A stretch of 64,000 bases of DNA from Candidatus Babeliales bacterium. GTDB taxonomy: Bacteria; Babelota; Babeliae; Babelales; JANWKD01. The stretch spans positions 480,001 through 544,000 of the forward strand of contig CAVRJO010000002.1 in the NCBI GenBank assembly GCA_963722255.1, in the 5' to 3' direction. A program made the position numbers and the translations under genes. The notes beneath the pieces were generated by a model. It was given only the letters and a program-made list of their open reading frames with translations. It had not been told where the DNA came from and ran no database searches. Below, piece by piece: positions 1 through 9,994 of the stretch (position 1 is the first letter of the stretch; each line of letters begins with the position of its first letter).

Positions 1-384
1 GATTTATCCGATTCTGAAAAAGTAGATATGCTTAAGACTTACATACCACATTTCTCTTCATTTAATGAAGAAACTTTACGAGAGTTGAAACGTTTAGCAC
101 AGGTAAATATTAATTCTCTAACCAATGACTTAAACTATTTGGAATCAAGGGCACTAGGAAATTTTAGAGCATACCTGCTTTTAACTGAGTACACTGATGA
201 TCCAAACTATGAAGAATCAATTAATAATAAACTAAACGAAAAAAAAGAATCAATTGAAGCTGATAAAAAACGTATAAAAGCACAACTATCTTCATGGAGA
301 GAATTAAAAAATAGTGTTAATGAAAATCTTAAGATAAAATTATATCCAAATTTATATTCAAAAAAAGAGTTTCAATTAAAATAA
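1..384 (+). CDS. hypothetical helical protein, 5'-truncated by the window edge
   Basis: Frame is open from base 1 (GAT TTA TCC...) through the listed ORF 28..384; coiled-coil-like composition. Confidence 0.6.
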   Translation, partial: DLSDSEKVDMLKTYIPHFSSFNEETLRELKRLAQVNINSLTNDLNYLESRALGNFRAYLLLTEYTDDPNYEESINNKLNEKKESIEADKKRIKAQLSSWRELKNSVNENLKIKLYPNLYSKKEFQLK

Positions 385-398
385 CAAAACTTTAAAAT

Positions 399-436
399 AA
401 TAAACTCTTCCTATAAAATTTTAGGAAGAGTTTATT
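399..436. terminator. bidirectional intrinsic terminator
   Basis: Perfect stem aataaactcttccta / taggaagagtttatt between convergent genes. Confidence 0.75.
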
Positions 437-1222
437 TTAGTACTGACCTAAGCTACCACGTTTTTTTGCAATCTTTTCACAATAAACAAACAAGAATAAA
501 CCGCCTAAAAAATATAACGCTGAATTGAGCACTAAAAAAATAAGTTTCCCGTTATGCATAAGCATTGCTAATGATTGTCCTTCAAAGATAACATTGCGCA
601 GTACAATGATTCCTTCAGCAGTGGGAAGCGTGTGAGCAATTTTTTGTATCCAAAAAGGTAACTGTTCAATAGGGAGCATTGAACCGCTCACATAGAAAAG
701 TAGATTATCAATCAAATCTATAAGCCCGGCAACATTTTTATACAATAATGCCATTCCGGCAATACAAAGACCAAATCCAATAAGACCAATTAAAATAATA
801 ATAAGTACAGGCAAAGCTGCTATTTGTAAGGGTATGTAAATAGAGCACACGATACTAATAATAAAAGTCATAGCAGCAATCATGAGCGTAGAAGAGACAA
901 TGGTTGAAATACTCGCACCAATAAAAATCAGAGCAGGATGAACCGGACTCATATACATCTGTTCAAGCGTCCCACTTCTTCCTTCAAGCGTTAAAATTAA
1001 ACTTACTTTCAAAATATAAGACGAATAAACCCAAACAATATACCCAATTAAGGATGGCCCAAACTCTTCCAAATTAGTATTTCCATAATTCATAAGCAAA
1101 GCCGTACCTAAAAAATAGATGCCCAAGGTAATGAATTCACTCACAACATTAAATTTATAATGCCAAGTAACGAGCAATCCTTTTCGAATTTCGTTCAAAA
1201 TTACAAGCAATGCTGTTTTCAT
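437..1222 (-). CDS. ABC-2 type transporter permease
   Basis: About six hydrophobic segments, 'EGRSGTLEQMYMSP' and 'P...LP.WIQKIA..LP' ABC-2 motifs; adjacent to an ABC ATPase. Confidence 0.85.
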   Translation of the reverse strand: MKTALLVILNEIRKGLLVTWHYKFNVVSEFITLGIYFLGTALLMNYGNTNLEEFGPSLIGYIVWVYSSYILKVSLILTLEGRSGTLEQMYMSPVHPALIFIGASISTIVSSTLMIAAMTFIISIVCSIYIPLQIAALPVLIIILIGLIGFGLCIAGMALLYKNVAGLIDLIDNLLFYVSGSMLPIEQLPFWIQKIAHTLPTAEGIIVLRNVIFEGQSLAMLMHNGKLIFLVLNSALYFLGGLFLFVYCEKIAKKRGSLGQY

Positions 1223-1228
1223 CTCTAC

Positions 1229-2176
1229 TTAGTTTTGACTTATGAGTTGAACAAATACTTCTTCTAAATTATTAGTAACTTTTGCAAATGAAACTAACGA
1301 TAATCCAGTGGCTTTAATTTTCTCAATCACAGAATAAAACTCCTGCGCTGTAGATAGTTTTCCGGAGAATACTGTTTTATCATTTTGTTGATCGATAGTA
1401 AATCCGAACTGTGAAAAAAAGTTTGCTTGTTCTCCATTAAGCAATCCTTCTACTTTGATCTGATAATATTCTTGATTAAAAAGAGTAAGAAACTCTTGAA
1501 GAGGTTTATAGGCAATCAAACGACCTTTATTAATCAAAGCAATCTGCCCACATAGCTGTTCTGCTATATCAAGCTGATGCGTAGTGATCACGATAGTTCT
1601 ACCTTGCTCCTGAGCAAGCTTTATAATCCAGTTTTTTACCGTACGTGCAGCCTGAACATCAAGTCCGAGCGTAGGTTCATCAAAAAGAACGATTGATGGA
1701 TTTGCAATCAAGGCGCATGCTATAGCAACCTTTTGCTGTGTACCGCGAGAAAAATCCCCTACAAGATCAAAACGGCAATCCCAAATTTCCAAATCATGTA
1801 GTAACATAAGCGCACGATCATACAATTCTTTACCAAAGTATCCTTTAAGACGTCCATAATAGAGAAGATTTTCTAGAGGGCTCAACTGCCAATAAATGTT
1901 TCGAGCACCCTCCAAAACAACCCCTATCTGATGCATGGCATTATAGCGATGAGTATTAATATCAAAACCATTCAGACGTATCGAACCATGTGTTTGCGTT
2001 ATCAAACCGCAAATCATTTTAAGAATCGTGGTTTTACCTGCCCCATTTGGTCCCAAAAATCCAAAAACTTGTCCCTCGTTAATGGTGATATCTAATGAAT
2101 CAACGGCCTTGAACTCTTCTTTAGTTCCCTGCTCGAAGATTTTACTTACTTTCTTTAACTCGATGGCAACAGCCAC
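1229..2176 (-). CDS. ABC transporter ATP-binding protein
   Basis: Walker A GPNGAGKT, signature-like FSRGTQQK, Walker B LFDEP, H-loop TTH. Confidence 0.93.
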   Translation of the reverse strand: MAVAIELKKVSKIFEQGTKEEFKAVDSLDITINEGQVFGFLGPNGAGKTTILKMICGLITQTHGSIRLNGFDINTHRYNAMHQIGVVLEGARNIYWQLSPLENLLYYGRLKGYFGKELYDRALMLLHDLEIWDCRFDLVGDFSRGTQQKVAIACALIANPSIVLFDEPTLGLDVQAARTVKNWIIKLAQEQGRTIVITTHQLDIAEQLCGQIALINKGRLIAYKPLQEFLTLFNQEYYQIKVEGLLNGEQANFFSQFGFTIDQQNDKTVFSGKLSTAQEFYSVIEKIKATGLSLVSFAKVTNNLEEVFVQLISQN

Positions 2177-2431
2177 AATTCCCCCAACATGTTAATCTAT
2201 TCACATCAGTTAGCAAACTCATGCAAATTCTGCATGATTCACTGTCAGTATGACTTGATTTTTTTATATAAAACAAGATTCACAAGAGATACTCACAAAA
2301 TTAGCTCTTATGTTCTCTACTTATTTAATGAGATATAGGATATAGAGTAATCAATACTATTGCAAAAGATTTGTTTATTTCTCATTTTTATCTCAATATA
2401 TTGCATATCAGAAAATAAAAAATCCATTATT

Positions 2432-3220
2432 TTAAGGCACGTAGGTTTTTAAACGATTTAACCAACCGGGCATCCATCGTTTTTCATTGGATTCGATTGG
2501 CGCATACGCTATACGTGTTTCCAATACTTCTTGTGCGCAACGAGAAAATTCTTGCAAGGCAGCAGAACCTGGAGCAGCTCCCTTCATTTTTTCTAAAACC
2601 TGCAAAAGCCCCCAACGACATCCTTTATATTGCTCATGCGCTACAATGCCTTCTCCCTTAAAATTAATATAATCAATTAAAGCATAAAAGCCACCTGGAG
2701 ATTGAGCAATACGATAAAACTGTTTTTTTATCTGCTCATGTTGAGCTAAAGGAAGACTTTTAAGCATCGTAGGAAGCGCCTGATTCAAGCGCTGAATAAT
2801 AAAGGTCGTCTGTAGATCAATAGTATCAGCCAAAAAGTTCCGTAAATCCTGCATCGGCTTTGATGAAAAGTTTTTCAAAAACTCTTCCCGGGATTCCCAT
2901 GGACATGCTTTAGATCCTTTTTTTAAAATTCCTACAGGAAGTTTTTTCCCATGTCGTTCAAGAAAAACTACAAGCGAAGGAAATGTCTCTTTAAAAACAC
3001 CCTTCTTATCCTTTGGATACCAAATAAAATGGCCAATACCTAAAGAAGCAAATGCTTCGCCTTCATTCCATGAGGTAAGACCATCTCTCTTTCCCCCACA
3101 TTCATTTTTCCAAATCTTTTGTCCAATAATTTCTGCTTCTTTTGGAGAAACATATCCAGCTAAAAGAGCTGATGAGAAAAATATACAAAAGGTTAGTATG
3201 AAAACTATTCTATAATTCAT
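2432..3220 (-). CDS. secreted hypothetical protein, possibly lysozyme-like
   Basis: Signal peptide; 'WKNECGG...SWNEGEAFASLGIGHFIWYP' resembles lysozyme-superfamily E...S-x-G-x-G-H motifs. Confidence 0.55.
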   Translation of the reverse strand: MNYRIVFILTFCIFFSSALLAGYVSPKEAEIIGQKIWKNECGGKRDGLTSWNEGEAFASLGIGHFIWYPKDKKGVFKETFPSLVVFLERHGKKLPVGILKKGSKACPWESREEFLKNFSSKPMQDLRNFLADTIDLQTTFIIQRLNQALPTMLKSLPLAQHEQIKKQFYRIAQSPGGFYALIDYINFKGEGIVAHEQYKGCRWGLLQVLEKMKGAAPGSAALQEFSRCAQEVLETRIAYAPIESNEKRWMPGWLNRLKTYVP

Positions 3221-3296
3221 TGTTACCTCTTACGTTAATTCCTGACACCAGCATATCATAAATTAAATTAAAAAATAAATATATTACAAAATGAAA

Positions 3297-4172
3297 TTAT
3301 TTAAAATGATTTGTTCTTGCTTTATAAAGCGCTAAAGAATCGATAGCATCTAATAACTTTAGGTCTTTTGCCTCTTTTTTACTCTGCCAATATGCTTCAC
3401 AATGAATGCTAAGATTCGGAATGCAATAACCATTAAAGTTAAGCCAACTAAACAGTCCGGTTAATCCAACCACACTTCCCAAAAATACGTTTCCCGTTGC
3501 GCATAATGCAAGACTCCCACCGGTACAAATTCCCGAACCATAGGCACAAGTTGAATCACCAAACTTTACGCAGTTTTCCTTAAATGAAGATTTTTTGTTC
3601 CATTGGCGCATCCATTCTAAGAGCGTAATTCTTGATGCCATCCATAATTTAGGTGCATCAGAGAGCTCTTGGAAATTGTCATTAAAATAGTTTGTTTGCT
3701 CTTTTGATAATATTTTTTCAACAGCATCTGCCAAAGCATTATGATCAATAGCTACACGACTAAAAAGATCATACATTTCAAAAGATTTTTCACTAAACGC
3801 AGCTAATGCTGTATCAATAGTAGCATCTTCTTCTAAAGATCTATAAACATTTTCAATATCACTACTTCCATTTTCTTCTACAAATTCTGAATACTCATCA
3901 AATTCAAAATAATAACCATATAGATGCGGCACGTACTTATTCATACGCATTGGAAATTCAAGAGTCTTTTGATAAAGGCTTAATTGGCCATTGTGTTTTG
4001 AAAGATCAGCGCAACTTTTATGAATCACTACCATCGTAGCTATGTGATATACCAATAAGCCATAATTTTTTTGATTAAGAGGAACATCTTCAACAGCGAT
4101 CTCTTTTTCCATCGAAAAAAGTGAACAACTAAACGTCAACAATACAACACATACAAGTTTTTTCATATACAA
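3297..4172 (-). CDS. secreted/membrane hypothetical protein, paralog of 4342..5169
   Basis: Signal peptide ending LFS-ME; shares FNDNFQELxDAPKLWMASR and a C-terminal hydrophobic hairpin with its neighbour. Confidence 0.8.
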   Translation of the reverse strand: MYMKKLVCVVLLTFSCSLFSMEKEIAVEDVPLNQKNYGLLVYHIATMVVIHKSCADLSKHNGQLSLYQKTLEFPMRMNKYVPHLYGYYFEFDEYSEFVEENGSSDIENVYRSLEEDATIDTALAAFSEKSFEMYDLFSRVAIDHNALADAVEKILSKEQTNYFNDNFQELSDAPKLWMASRITLLEWMRQWNKKSSFKENCVKFGDSTCAYGSGICTGGSLALCATGNVFLGSVVGLTGLFSWLNFNGYCIPNLSIHCEAYWQSKKEAKDLKLLDAIDSLALYKARTNHFK

Positions 4173-4261
4173 CTCCTTCTAGCAAGCAGTGAAACACTCA
4201 AGACATGGTAATGAAAAAGTATACTAATTTCAAGTTTGGTCTATAGTCGACTCATCTTTTA

Positions 4262-4325
4262 GGATAAATGCCAATTCTATGCAATGTTTTATCAACCGAA
4301 GCAAAGTCAAAGTTATGACAATGAA
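4262..4325. repeat. 64-bp direct repeat of 5394..5457, a copy of the 3' end of the HAD gene
   Basis: ggataaatgccaattctatgcaatgttttatcaac... occurs twice with 4 mismatches. Confidence 0.9.
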
Positions 4326-4341
4326 ATCAATGATCAGTGGT

Positions 4342-5169
4342 TTAATTGTTAGTATAACAAGCTAAGGAATCTATTGCTGCTGATAATTTTAAGTCTCTCT
4401 CTTCTCTTTTATTCTGCCAATATTCTGCGCAATTAAAATTTAAATCCTGAATACAATGTCCTTTGAAATTCAAACATGTTGATATCCCCGTAAGCACCAT
4501 AATGGCTCCGAACAAAAAATTCCCACTCGTACATGATGCAATACCTAAACCAGTGCAAACTCCTGGACCATAGGACGTAGCATGATCACAAAACTCTGCA
4601 CTTTTTTCGAAGAATGGGTGTTCCTTATTAACATGCCGCATCCATTCAAGCAGTGCCATTCGAGAAGCCATCCAAAGCTTTGGTGCATCAGTTAACTCTT
4701 GGAAATTGTCATTAAAAAACTCTATTTGCTCTTTTGTTAACATCTCTTTCACAGACTCTTCTAACTGTTTATAATCAATATTTTTACCAGAATAAGCATC
4801 ACGCGCTTCAAACGAACGTTTACAATAGGTATCCAAAACTGCCTCTAAATCATTATCTTCTTCTAATGCTCGAGCTACAGACCTTATGTCACTTTGACCA
4901 TATTTTTTAATAAAACTTTTATACTCTAATTCAGGTAGAGGATGCTTGCACATACATGCCGGAAAAGTAATCACTTTCTGACAACACATAAAACTAACAT
5001 TTCTCATATAAAAATTTGATTTACTTGTATGAATAACCACCATTGCTGCTATATGGTGCGACAATACTTTATCAGTTTCATTAAGAAAAACTTCGGCCGA
5101 AACATCTTCTTCCATTGAAAATAATGATCCACTAAAAATCAATAGCAAACCAAATACCATTTTTTTCAT
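4342..5169 (-). CDS. secreted/membrane hypothetical protein, paralog of 3297..4172
   Basis: Signal peptide ending LFS-ME; long shared motifs with 3297..4172. Confidence 0.8.
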   Translation of the reverse strand: MKKMVFGLLLIFSGSLFSMEEDVSAEVFLNETDKVLSHHIAAMVVIHTSKSNFYMRNVSFMCCQKVITFPACMCKHPLPELEYKSFIKKYGQSDIRSVARALEEDNDLEAVLDTYCKRSFEARDAYSGKNIDYKQLEESVKEMLTKEQIEFFNDNFQELTDAPKLWMASRMALLEWMRHVNKEHPFFEKSAEFCDHATSYGPGVCTGLGIASCTSGNFLFGAIMVLTGISTCLNFKGHCIQDLNFNCAEYWQNKREERDLKLSAAIDSLACYTNN

Positions 5170-5268
5170 TATCTACCTCATTTGTATATAATTTTTCTAA
5201 GGCAATACTAAAAAAAATGTTTATTAATTGCAAGATTCTTGTAAATGAAAGGTTAAATTTTTATAAGC

Positions 5269-5310
5269 CTGGATTCCTACGCATTCACAAGGTGAATGCT
5301 CAGAATGACA
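5269..5310. repeat. partial palindromic element (right half of the GTCAT...ATGAC family)
   Basis: ctggattcc-gcattcac aag gtgaatgc-agaatgaca; resembles the elements at 18194, 20502 and 27889. Confidence 0.5.
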
Positions 5311-5386
5311 TACTTGATAATGTTCTGCCACTCAACAATTTTAATGCTCATTAAGTATGGTCAACTCAATCCATACAATTCACAAA

Positions 5387-6232
5387 TCATTTTGGATAAA
5401 TGCCAATTCTATGCAATGTTTTATCAACTGAAGCAAAATCAAAATTGTGACAATGAATGCATTTTAGGAACTTTTTATTAAGCGACCGCGCTGCACTAAT
5501 ATTAGATTTTTCATCATCGATAAAGAAGGTCAATTCACTATCAGGATCAATGTCAAAATAGTCAAATGCGTATTCAAAAATTTCTTTTCCAGGCTTCATA
5601 CAACCTGCATGGCCTGAAACAACAATGCCATCACACAAATCTAAAAATTTTTTAATTTCCTTGTTTTCAAATAAAAGAAGAAATGATTCAGCATCCCAAT
5701 TACTTATAATAAAAATTTTATGCATACGATTACCATCTTTGTCTCTTTGCTTGTAACACTTCTTTAATATTTTTACACCCTTTTTTAAAGGAACAATTAC
5801 GCGTACAAAGTGCTCTGGCGTAAAAATAAAGTTTGCAATAGCGTGTAAGAGTTTAACTTTACGCTGACTATCAATTGCCGGAGCCAGTTCATTGAGTTTT
5901 TGGATAACAATTTCTCGAACCTGCTGTGCTGTAAGAAGACCCATATGAAAATCACACATAATTTGCGGTAAAAGCCTGTTTTTATGCATAGCACGAGGAG
6001 TTCCTTCTCGTGGCGGAACTAAAGAATTAAGAAAATCAAAGAAAGTATCTTCAATATGAGCAGGATTAAAAAAACCAAAAAATTTTGTAGGACCAATATG
6101 CCAAAAACTGCCCGATTGAGTTACTAAAACACCATTCATATCAAAAATAATGTTGGCAGAAAATAGATTCCCTATACCGAGAATTATGGCAAACAATAGT
6201 ATAAATTTATTTTTTATTTGAAATATATTCAC
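5387..6232 (-). CDS. HAD-superfamily hydrolase with a signal-peptide-like N-terminus
   Basis: Motif I IIFDMNGVL, motif II ISN, motif III KP, motif IV FIDD. Confidence 0.82.
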   Translation of the reverse strand: MNIFQIKNKFILLFAIILGIGNLFSANIIFDMNGVLVTQSGSFWHIGPTKFFGFFNPAHIEDTFFDFLNSLVPPREGTPRAMHKNRLLPQIMCDFHMGLLTAQQVREIVIQKLNELAPAIDSQRKVKLLHAIANFIFTPEHFVRVIVPLKKGVKILKKCYKQRDKDGNRMHKIFIISNWDAESFLLLFENKEIKKFLDLCDGIVVSGHAGCMKPGKEIFEYAFDYFDIDPDSELTFFIDDEKSNISAARSLNKKFLKCIHCHNFDFASVDKTLHRIGIYPK

Positions 6233-6368
6233 AAAAAATCCTTTTTAAAAATAACATCCAATACAGTATAAGCATAACGTATTTTAATAAAAAGAATATT
6301 ATTAACGGTATATTGTATGTCAAAATAGTTTATTAAAAAAATGCTTTTATAGTGATACTCTACTAAGG

Positions 6369-7130
6369 TTATAAGATCCCTTTTTTCTTAATAAGAGAAT
6401 GTAAAGCTGAAGGTTTTACGCAATGAATAGTTTCCATACCAAGGCCCTGTGCTGCTTTAATATTTTCAATTTGATCATCAATAAAACAACAATCACGGGG
6501 ATTGAGGCCATACTTAGTAAAGAGATAATCAAAAATAGCAACGTCAGGCTTTAAAAAATGGCTATAACAAGAGGTTACAATACCATCAAAATTGCTAAAA
6601 ATGTCCTTATGCAAAGCTTCTAAGCCATCAATAGTTTCTTTATCGATATTAGATAAAATATATAATTTATAGGTTCCACTCTTTCTGAGCTTTTGTATTA
6701 AATTCACGGTTGATTTAATAGGCTTAAAAGCATCTAAACTTTTTTCGGAATTAAATAAATCATACAATAACTCAAAAAGAATCTTTTTATGCTGACTATT
6801 CTTAAAATAGTTCTGTGTATCAAGATGAGTAAAATAATCACGAATTTGTTCAAATGCTTGTGCTGCCGAAATCAATCCTTGATTCCACTGAACAAAACAA
6901 AGAGGCAAATAGGTACCTTTATAACCAACTATTTCCTGATATTGCCCCGGCACTTCTTTGCGCATTTTATCAAGAATCATTATTCCTTCATCAACAGGAT
7001 TCTTTCTTTGTTTCAAAAAGTATACAAGCAGGTCCTTGCTTGCTATATTACGCATTATTTTCATCTTATGAATAGCAAATATAACACCTGTCAAATCAAA
7101 AACAAAGACATTAATTGGGGGTGAGCTCAT
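6369..7130 (-). CDS. HAD-superfamily hydrolase
   Basis: FDLTGVI, LSN, KPD, FIDD..EN motifs. Confidence 0.85.
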   Translation of the reverse strand: MSSPPINVFVFDLTGVIFAIHKMKIMRNIASKDLLVYFLKQRKNPVDEGIMILDKMRKEVPGQYQEIVGYKGTYLPLCFVQWNQGLISAAQAFEQIRDYFTHLDTQNYFKNSQHKKILFELLYDLFNSEKSLDAFKPIKSTVNLIQKLRKSGTYKLYILSNIDKETIDGLEALHKDIFSNFDGIVTSCYSHFLKPDVAIFDYLFTKYGLNPRDCCFIDDQIENIKAAQGLGMETIHCVKPSALHSLIKKKGIL

Positions 7131-7217
7131 TGCGCATCTTTCTTTTATTGCACAAATTGTTTTTTTTCTAGAATACTACAAAGATTATAAAAGCAATAGA
7201 CCCCGCACTATCTCTTC

Positions 7218-7307
7218 TCATGCCCCCAAATGCATCCTGGTTAGATAAAATACTGCAGTTACTGCTGCAATCTTTAAGATAAAAATTATAGATTTATTCT
7301 TTTTCAT
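7218..7307 (-). CDS. possible 29-aa hydrophobic small protein (MKKNKSIIFILKIAAVTAVFYLTRMHLGA)
   Basis: ATG preceded by a purine-rich gagagggg element; below the ORF-track cutoff. Confidence 0.3.
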   Translation of the reverse strand: MKKNKSIIFILKIAAVTAVFYLTRMHLGA

Positions 7308-7427
7308 AACCCTAACCCCTCTCGTTAATTTTTAATTTTAATTACAAATTGATTATAAAAAAAATTACTATAAAAAGTATAGAGTTTTAACAATTAAGCT
7401 ATTTACCTATCTTAAATACCTTAACCT

Positions 7428-7465
7428 AAATATGGCCCTGCGCCAGCCGGCACAGGGCCATATTT
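7428..7465. promoter_or_regulatory. GC-rich hairpin upstream of sufU (terminator or attenuator)
   Basis: aaatatggccctgcgcc / ggcacagggccatattt with one mismatch, followed by a T run. Confidence 0.5.
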
Positions 7466-7499
7466 TGATAATAATTTTCAAATTCGGTATCATAGAGAT

Positions 7500-7883
7500 A
7501 TGAATCTTTATGAAAAAAACCTTATCAATCATTATCATAATCCAAAAAATTACGGAACTCTTAATCAGCCTCATTTTGTCATTGAAGAGTATAATCCTTC
7601 CTGCGGCGATCGCATCACCATACAAGGACAAATTACAAATTCCGTTATACAAGAGCTGCGATTTACCGCCGAAGGCTGCATTATTAGCAAAGCGACAGCT
7701 TCGCTTTTAACGCAAAATTGCATAGGCAAATCGATCGAATTTGGATCCTCATTAACCAATGAAGATATTCTTAATCTCATTGGGATTTCACTAGGTCCCT
7801 TACGCCTTAAATGCGCGTTAATGCCTTTACAAGCACTTAAATGCGGCCTTGCAAAGTACACCCAAAAAAATAGAGAAAAGTAG
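7500..7883 (+). CDS. sufU: SufU/IscU-like Fe-S scaffold or sulfur-acceptor protein
   Basis: HY.NPKNYG, NPSCGD, GCIISKATAS and RLKCA with three conserved Cys. Confidence 0.88.
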   Translation: MNLYEKNLINHYHNPKNYGTLNQPHFVIEEYNPSCGDRITIQGQITNSVIQELRFTAEGCIISKATASLLTQNCIGKSIEFGSSLTNEDILNLIGISLGPLRLKCALMPLQALKCGLAKYTQKNREK

Positions 7884-7885
7884 CT

Positions 7886-9007
7886 ATGCTTGATCGACCA
7901 AAGGTAATGAAAGAACTGCAAGAAAGCGCTGAACAACTATTTCTCAACCTTTCTTCAGAATTTGAACTGGCTCGTTCTATTTGGCACTCTATAGCAGATG
8001 ACCCTTCTTTTGCCAAAGCAATTGCTGAAAGTAGATCTCCTTGGCTTATTCCTTCTTGGGATGGCCTGTTAGGCGATAGCCAGAGCATTACACCAACCAA
8101 AGTTGACTACAGTGTATTCTCAATCGATGGATCACAAATTTATCCTGATCGCCATCAAGGAACTTCCTGCTGTTTACTTAATATTGGCTCTGTTGCATTA
8201 TCCTATGGCGCCAATAATCATCTCTTTTTTAACTCAAAACCATCAATATATATTCCCAATAAACATTCAGAATCAGAAAATCCAATCGAATTAGTAAATT
8301 GTCGACGCTTAGAACTAGAACTCCATGAAGGGGTCATGCTTGCAAAAGAACTTATCAAAAAAGAACCCGAAGTTCCTCTTATTGGAATGTTTGATGGTTC
8401 ATTGATATTTTGGCACCTTGAAGGTAAAGAAGAAGCAATTAAAGATGAATTTATTGCAAAATATATTCAATCGCTTTATCAACTTTATATTCTAAAAATA
8501 CCTTGCATTGGATATATTAGCTTACCGCATAGTAAAGAACTCGTTAATCTAATTCGGATGAAGCTTGCTAACTTTGATCCTAATACCAATAAAGAATATA
8601 AGAAGATTGAACATCTTGTTGATACTCATATTGCAGATTTTTTTCTTGAACCTTATGAGCGAACTACCTTCTTTGCAAGCCATTCGCATATCATTGACTA
8701 CTATCCAAGTTATCTTAAACCACATTTTTTTTATCTTCACCTTGGGCAAGAAATTGTCCGTATTGAATTACCTGCATGGCTTATACATGATAAACCTCTC
8801 ATAGATTTCATATGCAAGGTAATTATTGATCAAGCAAAAAAAGGACAAGGATACCCAATTTGCTTGGCAGAGGCCCATGAACAAGCAGTTGTTAAAGGGC
8901 CTGACAGAGATTTTTTTTATCATGTAATCCAAAAGATTGGATTTGAACATAAACAACGCTTATATTTTTCTCAAAAAAGTCTCAAAAAGCGCTGTATTGG
9001 AATTTAA
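7886..9007 (+). CDS. nurA: NurA-family nuclease
   Basis: IDGSQ, FDGSL and GYP..LAEAHEQA motifs typical of the NurA RNase H-like fold. Confidence 0.8.
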   Translation: MLDRPKVMKELQESAEQLFLNLSSEFELARSIWHSIADDPSFAKAIAESRSPWLIPSWDGLLGDSQSITPTKVDYSVFSIDGSQIYPDRHQGTSCCLLNIGSVALSYGANNHLFFNSKPSIYIPNKHSESENPIELVNCRRLELELHEGVMLAKELIKKEPEVPLIGMFDGSLIFWHLEGKEEAIKDEFIAKYIQSLYQLYILKIPCIGYISLPHSKELVNLIRMKLANFDPNTNKEYKKIEHLVDTHIADFFLEPYERTTFFASHSHIIDYYPSYLKPHFFYLHLGQEIVRIELPAWLIHDKPLIDFICKVIIDQAKKGQGYPICLAEAHEQAVVKGPDRDFFYHVIQKIGFEHKQRLYFSQKSLKKRCIGI

Positions 9008-9073
9008 ACTAAAAACTCAACTCTTGAAAAATCCCGAGCCCCCTTTTTATACTTTTCTAAACGAGTATGCAGT

Positions 9074-9994
9074 ATGGGTGGGAAAATGAAGTATCGCTAT
9101 TTTTATTCTTTTCTGTTCCTCTTTTCATCTTCTTATACGCAACCCTTTGATGTAATACCTTATATCAGTCCTATTTTTTCTTTCATGGTAGGCACATTCA
9201 CCTATTTTTCTTTCATCACCGATCATTTTATCCCCGCTTCTAGGCAAGAACTTTATACTACTGAGCAAAGAATCACAAAAATGCATGAAAACAACAGATG
9301 CATTATGCAAGAATATGCTCAAAAAAATATTCGCGAGCAGTATGAGCAAACAAAAACGGAAGTTGAAGCTAAAATAGATAGTGCAATTGCTACCTGTTAT
9401 CAAAAATCACGGGCAATAAAAGAAGCATTAGATTCCACACAAACACTCATTATAAAAAAAATAGAAAGAAGTCATCGCATCAGAATGCAATCACTCAAAA
9501 ATAATCTTGCATCCTATGCAGATTCTACGCAAGAAGATATCACTGCGCTCATAAAAAAATTAACTCTTGCATATGAAAAACGAGAGAGTCAAATTCAACA
9601 CCAATGCACTCAAATTCTCAATCTACTGAGCAACTTTCAAAAAAAATTGCATCAAAAAACAATAACTACACAACGGATTATACAAAATACCACTCAAGAA
9701 CATACAAATCTGCTCACAAACAATCATGATCAAATAAAAAACAACTATGACCAGACTGCAGAAAAATGTAACCATTTTTTTATACAAACTTCTGAAAAAC
9801 TAGACGCCATCGAACGATTGTGTTGCATCCTTAAAGGAGTCATTGCAGAACAAAAACAAAAAAATATTGCACTCTATAAGCAAATTCTTGCATTAAAAAA
9901 ACTACGAAAAAATGATTCACTTCTCTCTATTAAAAATGCATTTGGTTCAAATAAATCTTTAAAGAATTATAGTAACTTGGATTACAAACAATGA
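9074..9994 (+). CDS. membrane-anchored coiled-coil protein
   Basis: Two N-terminal hydrophobic segments followed by a long Q/K/E-rich helical region. Confidence 0.7.
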   Translation: MGGKMKYRYFYSFLFLFSSSYTQPFDVIPYISPIFSFMVGTFTYFSFITDHFIPASRQELYTTEQRITKMHENNRCIMQEYAQKNIREQYEQTKTEVEAKIDSAIATCYQKSRAIKEALDSTQTLIIKKIERSHRIRMQSLKNNLASYADSTQEDITALIKKLTLAYEKRESQIQHQCTQILNLLSNFQKKLHQKTITTQRIIQNTTQEHTNLLTNNHDQIKNNYDQTAEKCNHFFIQTSEKLDAIERLCCILKGVIAEQKQKNIALYKQILALKKLRKNDSLLSIKNAFGSNKSLKNYSNLDYKQ

